Shown here: positions 57,242 to 64,000 of the stretch, piece after piece
Layout of the letters: each line of letters begins with the position of its first letter
How positions within the stretch are numbered: the stretch's first letter is position 1
IMG/VR virus record: IMGVR_UViG_3300028897_000592
DNA length: 64,000 nucleotides
Origin: an uncultured virus (IMG/VR IMGVR_UViG_3300028897_000592)
Taxonomy: Duplodnaviria > Heunggongvirae > Uroviricota > Caudoviricetes
Direction: 5' to 3' (one strand)
Made by a program: the position numbers and the translations under genes
Notes under the pieces: model-generated
Databases searched by the model: none
What the model was told of the DNA's origin: nothing
Seen by the model: the letters and a program-made list of their open reading frames with translations, nothing else

Positions 57242-58489
57242 CTAATAATAATCAGATATAACAAAAAGTTTCTCCTTTGCTCTAGTTACTGCAGTATACA
57301 ACCAACGTCTATAAAATTCATCATCCCAGTAACGTGACCTCTGTTCGAACAAAACAACACGAGACCACTCAGATCCCTGAGATTTATGAACACTAATTGT
57401 ATAACCAAAGTCAAAAAAATCAATATTTCCAAAGTTCGTTCCTTTTAAAAATTTCTTTACTTCATTTTTATTGAACTTTTCTTTATCAAACATAACATCA
57501 TAATTTTCCACTCCAAAACATGACATATTAACAAGACCCTCATATGGTTCATTCATCCCGTCTATCTGAACAGTCATTCTCCAATTATTTTTATTATGAG
57601 GCATCACCCACATAAGAGTACCGATTTGTCCATTCATTATTTTTGTGTAATGATTATTTTTCAAACAAATGATCCGTTCTCCTGGATATGGTTCTTCTTT
57701 AACAAAATCTAAACGGTTACGAATAATATGATTTAAAGCAACACGGGATTTATTAAATCCACAAAGAACAATGATCGAATCATCAAACTCGATATTATCC
57801 CATATTGTTTTACATCTATCATATTTCCAACTTAGTTTAAAAACCTCTTTTGAAAATATTTTATAAGGAATGAACCCTTTTTCTCTAATAAATGAAGATA
57901 AAGAAATAATAGGAGATGAACTCGCTTGACGATATATTTTCTCAAGACGATAATCTGGCTTTTTCATTAGATTAAAATTATCATCTCCAACAGGCGGTAA
58001 CTGACCATGGTCGCCAACAGCAATTATAGGAATTCTAAAACTTAACAAATCACTCCATATTTCTTCTGATATCATAGAAGCTTCATCAATTAATATTAGA
58101 TCATAAACTCCTTCTAAATCTCGTTTTTCCCATCCAACTATTACTACCCGTTGTAGATCTTTATCAAATTTACAAATGGGTTTATATATCAGAGAATGTA
58201 TAGTCCCCACATAATCATACTTACGTATTGAATTAGACTCTTCTAATCTTGCTTTTAATACAGAAGATGCTTTTCCGGTAAATGTAACAAAAGCTACACA
58301 TGTATATTTATTTCCTAATAAATCATTGAATCTTTTTCTTATCTCACCTATAAGAAATGTCTTTCCAGTTCCAGCATAACCACCAATAGTTGTAAAATTA
58401 TTATATATAAAGGGTGAATTTGGTACTACTTCCCTTAACCATTCCATAATTTTATCACATATTTTTTCTTGTTCTTCTGTTAAGTCCAT
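57242..58489 (-). CDS. SF1B helicase (Dda/RecD2-like)
   Basis: GGYAGTGKT, TIHSLIY, IDEASM, GDHGQLPPV, YRQ, SVHKSQGSEW, YTAVTRA. Confidence 0.93.
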   Translation of the reverse strand: MDLTEEQEKICDKIMEWLREVVPNSPFIYNNFTTIGGYAGTGKTFLIGEIRKRFNDLLGNKYTCVAFVTFTGKASSVLKARLEESNSIRKYDYVGTIHSLIYKPICKFDKDLQRVVIVGWEKRDLEGVYDLILIDEASMISEEIWSDLLSFRIPIIAVGDHGQLPPVGDDNFNLMKKPDYRLEKIYRQASSSPIISLSSFIREKGFIPYKIFSKEVFKLSWKYDRCKTIWDNIEFDDSIIVLCGFNKSRVALNHIIRNRLDFVKEEPYPGERIICLKNNHYTKIMNGQIGTLMWVMPHNKNNWRMTVQIDGMNEPYEGLVNMSCFGVENYDVMFDKEKFNKNEVKKFLKGTNFGNIDFFDFGYTISVHKSQGSEWSRVVLFEQRSRYWDDEFYRRWLYTAVTRAKEKLFVISDYY

Positions 58490-58492
58490 ATT

Positions 58493-58810
58493 TTACTCCG
58501 TATAATTTTCTAAAAGTTTTGTAAGTTCAATTGTTAGAAATCTCAATAATTTGTCTGTATCTTTGATACCCTTATTTTCTATTTGACTTACAAATATATT
58601 CTTTAGATCAGCGAAGAACTTCGTTAAATCTACCTTTCTTCCTCCTACTTCTGCTGGTGCATTAGGACATTTTTCTCCAGGTTTTAACGGAGGGTGAATT
58701 AATCCACATTCTGGACATGGTGAAAAAGTTGTCTTAACTCCATCTGGTGGAGTCGTAGATTGTATTTGAGATACCATTTTTTGAACTTTTACTTCCTCAG
58801 ATAAAGTCAT
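58493..58810 (-). CDS. hypothetical protein (CPECG..HPP...CP)
   Basis: GGAGG RBS. Confidence 0.65.
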   Translation of the reverse strand: MTLSEEVKVQKMVSQIQSTTPPDGVKTTFSPCPECGLIHPPLKPGEKCPNAPAEVGGRKVDLTKFFADLKNIFVSQIENKGIKDTDKLLRFLTIELTKLLENYTE

Positions 58811-58825
58811 TTTAGTTAACCTCCA

Positions 58826-59023
58826 TTATGAATGTCTTAGTTGTTTTATATATTTTTTCCAACAGTTTTTACAAATAGGCCCATGACCCTTCATTCGCTT
58901 TCCTATAAATTCTCCCTGAACACAACAAAGAGATAATTCCGGAAAAGCTTTATAAAAAATATGAAGTTTTTGTACTTTTTTAGTGTAACCAAAAATATAA
59001 CCTTCTTTTAGTTGAATCATCAT
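58826..59023 (-). CDS. small hypothetical protein
   Basis: AGGAG RBS; H...LC...CKNC. Confidence 0.55.
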   Translation of the reverse strand: MMIQLKEGYIFGYTKKVQKLHIFYKAFPELSLCCVQGEFIGKRMKGHGPICKNCWKKYIKQLRHS

Positions 59024-59654
59024 TTTCTCCTACATAATTGTTTGTTCCAGGAATTAAACAATAGTTTCTATTATCACTAAGTAATATATATAGATTGTAA
59101 CCGATATAACCTAGAACAAATAAATGAATTTGAATTAAAAATTAGATTCAATCTGGTATGGATTTACATCTATATATATAACCTATGTATCTAAATACTA
59201 CATAAATAGATACTTAGAAAACGTAAGTTAGAACTGACAGAACTAAAAGAAAACTAGTAAGAACAAGGCCGTGGGCCCGTTCCAGTAGCGAGACGAGCGA
59301 AGCGAGGCGAGGTACTAGTAAAGATAATCTGTTAAGAACTAAAAAACCTTGGGAACTACTAGTGAAATAAAAATAGATAAATAAAGAAGAGATCTAGAAC
59401 TTCTAAAACGATAGTTAATGTTAGTATCTCTTTTATATATAGTAATAGGGGGTCAAATTTTATTTCCACTTCCTACAACAACAAGTTTTCGGGTCGTGAC
59501 ATCCCTTTGGGAGTCACTTCCCCTCCACTTGTTGAATATATTAGATCTACAATAATCTCTTCTAATAATCTTCAAAAGGGAAATCAACAGAACTATTTTT
59601 TTCTCAACAGAACAAAAAGTAAAAGTAGAGGTTAATACGAAAGGAGAATAGAAG
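59024..59654. other. divergent non-coding region, candidate replication origin
   Basis: Coding strand and G/C skew switch here; AT-rich; repeated AGAAC(T/A); GC-rich patch; hairpins; promoter motifs on both strands. Confidence 0.55.
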
Positions 59655-61583
59655 ATGTTTGAAGAATCTAGTTGGTTTAATCAAACGTGTTTGTCCTATA
59701 GTGACAAAATATATCAAACTAAATCCTTCCTAAGAGTAAACCATTCAATCAGTACTATGGATTTCTGTGTTTTCAATCCAGCTCATCTAAATATTTCTAT
59801 AACTTCAGATGGAAAATTAAGAACAAGTTCTATAAATTATGAGAATTCAATTGATCTACTTGAGACATTAAAGGAAGTTATGAATAATAATGAGATGTTT
59901 TTTAATACTAATACCCAGATAGATAAAAGATACAAGGCGGACCAGTTACTTGTCTTTAAATTTCAGAAGGCCAGTGCTAGTAGTGGTGAGAAAGTGGTAA
60001 CAATTCAAATTTATAGAAATGAATCAGATTTTGGAGAAATAATAATTTCGTTCCAATTATTTAGAGTAGTCGCTTTTATAGTTAAATCGTTCGTAGAAAA
60101 TTATGTAGTAATAACTTCGAATTTAAGACGAGATATGTTACTTACTGAAACATTGAGAGTAAATAGACAACTAGCTAATGATATTAGAAATTTTCCAAAT
60201 CAATTAATAAGTATTCCAGGTACGGTGGAAACAACACTCGATTCTAATGAAAGTTCTGAGTCAGAAAATATGTCAGATATGTTAGACAAATTTATTGGAA
60301 AAGATCTAGAGAATATAGAAGATATTAAAATTCCAGATATAAATAAGAGTGTAGAATATGCTGAAACTCATAATAATATAGAAGAAGTTCATAATGATTT
60401 TGTAAATCGAGTATTATTAAATGATTTACAAGAATTAGAAAAGATCTTAGAATTAGCTACTACGTCAGACCAAGGAAATCCTTTTATAACGATTTATAAT
60501 AAGTTTAGTAACAATAAATTTCCGTTACTTCCTGGTGTTTCTGAGAAAGATTTGAAATCAATATCCTATCTTTCAAAATTATTTTACATGACACATTTTA
60601 GAAATAATATTGAAAATGCTATTGGAATTCCAGTGAGTTTCTTTGACTTAAAATATAGACCGAGTAGAGATAAAATAAAAGTAGAAAATATAAACTTAGC
60701 CTATGATTTACTATTATTTATTGGTTACATACGAGAAGTAAGAAATCGTTTAGAATCTAAAATAAGTGATAGTATAACAAATAAAGCTATTATGTATTTG
60801 GGTTTGAGATGTTTTTGTGACGTTTTTACTTTTAGTTTTTTAGATGATGTTAAAGATCTTACAACAACTATAACATCTCATTTCGATTCTTATAATCAAA
60901 CTAAAATATTTGATTATTATAAAGGAATTTTAAAAGATAATAATTGTTCACAAGTTACCAAAGGAGACATTCAAATTTTTGTTGAGCAAATAAGTGAAAG
61001 AGTTATTGGAAAAACAATTTTAGTTGATCAGTTACATGATGAACTATTTAATTCAGGAGATGTAAAAATTCCATCGGAAAATCCGTTTAGTACAGAACAA
61101 ATTATAAATGAGATAATTCCGTTAGAAGTAAATGAAAAACTTGGATTTTTTGCTGAACATGAATTAGAAAGAAAAGATCCAGAAATTATGAAACTATTTG
61201 AAAAAAAGGAAGAGGAGAACGGAAAGAAAAAAGAAGAGAAAGAAAAAATTTCTAATTTAGTAAGAATCGTACTAGAACTTGAAAATGAAATACCACCAAG
61301 TATGAGTAAAGAAGTTTGGGACTTCGTGAAGAAATATGAAAATAGAAATTGTGATTTAAGAGAAATAAGCTCAATTTTATCTGACCTTGGTGAGAATATA
61401 ATTAAGGCATTCTACTTATGGAACCCAGATAATGATGAAAAATTAAAACAAAACTATTCTTATTTTTATAATAAAGTTAAAAAAGAAACAATGGGAAAAA
61501 ATGATATTATTGTTACAATAAATGAATCTTCTGAGGATCGAAATTCTGATCTTTGGATGAGTAGCTTTGATTTAGAAGAATGA
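59655..61583 (+). CDS. hypothetical protein (642 aa)
   Basis: AAGGAG RBS; long ORF with no recognised motif. Confidence 0.7.
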   Translation: MFEESSWFNQTCLSYSDKIYQTKSFLRVNHSISTMDFCVFNPAHLNISITSDGKLRTSSINYENSIDLLETLKEVMNNNEMFFNTNTQIDKRYKADQLLVFKFQKASASSGEKVVTIQIYRNESDFGEIIISFQLFRVVAFIVKSFVENYVVITSNLRRDMLLTETLRVNRQLANDIRNFPNQLISIPGTVETTLDSNESSESENMSDMLDKFIGKDLENIEDIKIPDINKSVEYAETHNNIEEVHNDFVNRVLLNDLQELEKILELATTSDQGNPFITIYNKFSNNKFPLLPGVSEKDLKSISYLSKLFYMTHFRNNIENAIGIPVSFFDLKYRPSRDKIKVENINLAYDLLLFIGYIREVRNRLESKISDSITNKAIMYLGLRCFCDVFTFSFLDDVKDLTTTITSHFDSYNQTKIFDYYKGILKDNNCSQVTKGDIQIFVEQISERVIGKTILVDQLHDELFNSGDVKIPSENPFSTEQIINEIIPLEVNEKLGFFAEHELERKDPEIMKLFEKKEEENGKKKEEKEKISNLVRIVLELENEIPPSMSKEVWDFVKKYENRNCDLREISSILSDLGENIIKAFYLWNPDNDEKLKQNYSYFYNKVKKETMGKNDIIVTINESSEDRNSDLWMSSFDLEE

Positions 61584-61587
61584 AAGG

Positions 61588-62214
61588 TTGAATATGTCTC
61601 TTACTTTAGGAAAAGTTTTCGATAGAAGTTACTATTTAAGAATTCCTTTTTTAGATGGTAGCTATAATGTTGGAGTATTTTTAACTAAGAAATCTCCGTT
61701 TCTTCTATTTACAATATCTCCGGATTTCTCAGGAGAGTCTGTACATAAAAGGAATGTAAAAGTAAATATGTTTAAAAACTTACTTTCATCAAAATTTTGT
61801 GAGACTTTCTTGATTTTGCACGATTTTAGAAAGGATACTCTTGATATCATAAATCAGTTCGAAGGTGTTAAACCTGAGTATTCCGATGATGTAAGTTTTA
61901 TATTGAATGAAACAATAACTTTATCAAAGATTGAAGTTGTTGACCGAGTACTTTTTGATACTTTAATTATATATGGTTTCACTTTATCAGCTTATATGAA
62001 TGAGTTTGTCTTTCTAATTGCTGAGAGACAAAATATTGTGAGAAGACTCAATAGAAAAATAGTTAGAACTACAGGAATACAAATTTCTACAACTGACGCT
62101 CTTTCTCTTGTAAATGATTTTCATAAAATAAGTAAAACATCTGGAAAAGCTGGATTTGAAACAAAAATACCAACAGATGAAGTTATAAAACTTTCTGATA
62201 TTGATGAGGAATAA
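61588..62214 (+). CDS. hypothetical protein
   Basis: ORF; probable start at MSLTLG. Confidence 0.65.
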   Translation: MNMSLTLGKVFDRSYYLRIPFLDGSYNVGVFLTKKSPFLLFTISPDFSGESVHKRNVKVNMFKNLLSSKFCETFLILHDFRKDTLDIINQFEGVKPEYSDDVSFILNETITLSKIEVVDRVLFDTLIIYGFTLSAYMNEFVFLIAERQNIVRRLNRKIVRTTGIQISTTDALSLVNDFHKISKTSGKAGFETKIPTDEVIKLSDIDEE

Positions 62215-62217
62215 TAA

Positions 62218-63456
62218 ATGCCATCAGATAAGGATATGATAGGAACTAGATATCATTATCATTATATTCACAATGTTTATGGAAATTTTTTCGCTGATAC
62301 ATTAGAATATCTTACTTCTTATCTCCATCCTCGTTTCCAGTATAAAGTGGTTGGAACATATGATAAGGCAGTTGAATTTTTAAGTAAAAAAGAACAATAC
62401 AATCGAGAGACTGATAAACCCATGTTACCTGCGTTGGTGTTAAATCCGACGGGAGAGTTTGGTCCAGCAGAGGCAATCGCTGGAGGAAAACAACTTTGGA
62501 GATTTCCAAACTTAGCACCAGGTTTTATTAAGAGACTTTTTGAACCAATATATCAAGACCAAAATGTGGTAGTTAATGTTGGGTTTATGCGAATTAAGGG
62601 CGAAATTGAACTAATAATGTTGTTGAATTCTATTTATGAATATACTGATTTAAGAATGTATATGTTTCAAGTTTTTGGTGGAACTGACAGATGGATTTAT
62701 CCAAGATGGTTTACTTCTTTTGTTATTCTTCCAGAAGAACTGATAAATTATCGTTATAGGAATGAATATTCAAAAGTTTCTTATAAACTTAACTGGGGTT
62801 CTGCTGGAGCTACTAGAAGATTGGTTAAGTCTACTAACATTAATGAGTTAGTAGTTCCATGTACTATTAAACCGATGTATAAACTAACGTCAATCACAGA
62901 CGGAAGTTCAAAATATGGTGGAACGGACAAGTTAGCCGATTGGCGATTAACGTCTACGCTTGAATATGAAGTTGAATTACCAAGCTTTCTTGTTTTAGAA
63001 TCTGACTATCTCGCTGTAGGGTTTGATCTCGAAATTGGGTATGGATCCTGTTATTCACAATATTCAGATTATAGACCACCAGTTAATCGTGAGTTGTATA
63101 ATATTGGTTGGGATATGGGTATAGATGAAACATCAAATACTGAGTTTGACGCTATAAATTTTGATACTACATCAGATGTTGTTTTTCAAGGTACTGCCAC
63201 ATTTAAAACTCGTTACTTTCATGTAATAACAAAAGTAGAGTCAAAATCTAAAACTAATGTTGAGATAAGTATTCCAGAACAGATAACAGATAACAAGTTG
63301 TTAATAGTTAACTCGAGATATGGTCAACTATTATATGGAGACGACTATATATTAAAGGATAGTGGGTTCACGTTAGTTATAAAAGTGTCAAATGTTCAAT
63401 TAGTAGAAGGTATGGTCATTGAGTTATATATTTATGGATTAGAAGGAGTTACATAA
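62218..63456 (+). CDS. putative virion structural protein (tail completion/neck-like)
   Basis: 412 aa, beta-rich; no enzyme motif; assignment tentative. Confidence 0.45.
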   Translation: MPSDKDMIGTRYHYHYIHNVYGNFFADTLEYLTSYLHPRFQYKVVGTYDKAVEFLSKKEQYNRETDKPMLPALVLNPTGEFGPAEAIAGGKQLWRFPNLAPGFIKRLFEPIYQDQNVVVNVGFMRIKGEIELIMLLNSIYEYTDLRMYMFQVFGGTDRWIYPRWFTSFVILPEELINYRYRNEYSKVSYKLNWGSAGATRRLVKSTNINELVVPCTIKPMYKLTSITDGSSKYGGTDKLADWRLTSTLEYEVELPSFLVLESDYLAVGFDLEIGYGSCYSQYSDYRPPVNRELYNIGWDMGIDETSNTEFDAINFDTTSDVVFQGTATFKTRYFHVITKVESKSKTNVEISIPEQITDNKLLIVNSRYGQLLYGDDYILKDSGFTLVIKVSNVQLVEGMVIELYIYGLEGVT

Positions 63457-64000
63457 TGAATAATTCACTTAAGAAACATCTTGAACAAATGATAGGAGTT
63501 GAAGATAAGGTTGAAAAAGAGATAGCAGTTGGTTGTGGTGTGATAATAAAAGAAGGTGACAATTTTGAGAAGATGGTCTTATTAATACAGAGATCTGAAA
63601 AAGATCATTGGCCACTCCACTGGGAATTTCCTAGAGGGAAGTGTGATAAACCAGTTGGAGAAGATATTGTTCACTGTGTAAGACGAGAAGTAAAAGAAGA
63701 GACTGGATTGGTTGTTGAGCCACTTGGTCTGATTGACACATTTGAATATATTGCAGACAAGGGTACAAGGAAGTCAATATCATATAATGTTTTATGTAAA
63801 ATGACTGATCCTAATCAAGAGGTAAAGTTGTCTAAAGAACATAAGGATTATAAATGGGTTACTTCTGTTGGTGAAGTAGAACTTCTAGTTAATCCAGACC
63901 AGAAGAAAACTATTATTAAAGTTTTAAATACTGGGTTAATGATAACTGATATTCCGGTGGGATTTACAAAAAGTAATCAAATTAAAGAAGGTTGGTTTGA
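63456..64000 (+). CDS. Nudix hydrolase (open to the window end)
   Basis: Manual translation: LLIQRSEKDHWPLHWEFPRGKCDKPVGEDIVHCVRREVKEETGL...LSKEHKDYKWV. Confidence 0.88.
   Translation, partial: MNNSLKKHLEQMIGVEDKVEKEIAVGCGVIIKEGDNFEKMVLLIQRSEKDHWPLHWEFPRGKCDKPVGEDIVHCVRREVKEETGLVVEPLGLIDTFEYIADKGTRKSISYNVLCKMTDPNQEVKLSKEHKDYKWVTSVGEVELLVNPDQKKTIIKVLNTGLMITDIPVGFTKSNQIKEGWF

Noticed and set aside
1..64000. Alternative genetic code (stop-codon reassignment)
   Set aside because: Conserved genes are full length under code 11, and TAA, TAG and TGA all act as stops with tight gene packing.

Overview
This is a fragment of an AT-rich jumbo bacteriophage genome (standard genetic code). Genes are densely packed, almost all on the minus strand from 1 to ~59,020, then switch to the plus strand after a ~630-nt non-coding region that is a candidate origin/divergent promoter. 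The window holds a T4-like replication/recombination/repair set: SbcC/SbcD, SF2 helicase, two type IIA topoisomerase subunits, RecA/UvsX, a Cas4-like nuclease, RuvC, a FEN/RNase H-like nuclease, sliding clamp, clamp loader, primase, a Dda/RecD-like helicase and an intein-containing class II RNR. It also encodes its own two-subunit (unsplit beta'/beta) RNA polymerase, baseplate/neck genes (gp5-like, PAAR, gp53-like, gp13-like) and auxiliary genes (QueD, KhpA, LigD phosphoesterase, ferritin-like, DUF5320, PxxKW, Nudix). PxxKW, DUF5320 and the B12-type RNR suggest an anaerobic host, possibly Desulfobacterota. The most striking element is a previously unannotated locus at ~15.5-18.8 kb. A putative promoter is followed by a tandem array of four structured ncRNA units that share a 21-nt 5' consensus (GAAGACUURKURURRNUYCWG), covarying stems and variable apical domains; one apical domain is a tRNA-Ile(GAU)-like cloverleaf. 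The array lies directly upstream of a Ro60/TROVE-like vWA protein, an ARPP-like protein, a small basic protein and a long hairpin, making it a candidate Ro60/Y-RNA-like ribonucleoprotein system with a multi-RNA array. All calls come from motif recognition and manual folding; no database searches were run.
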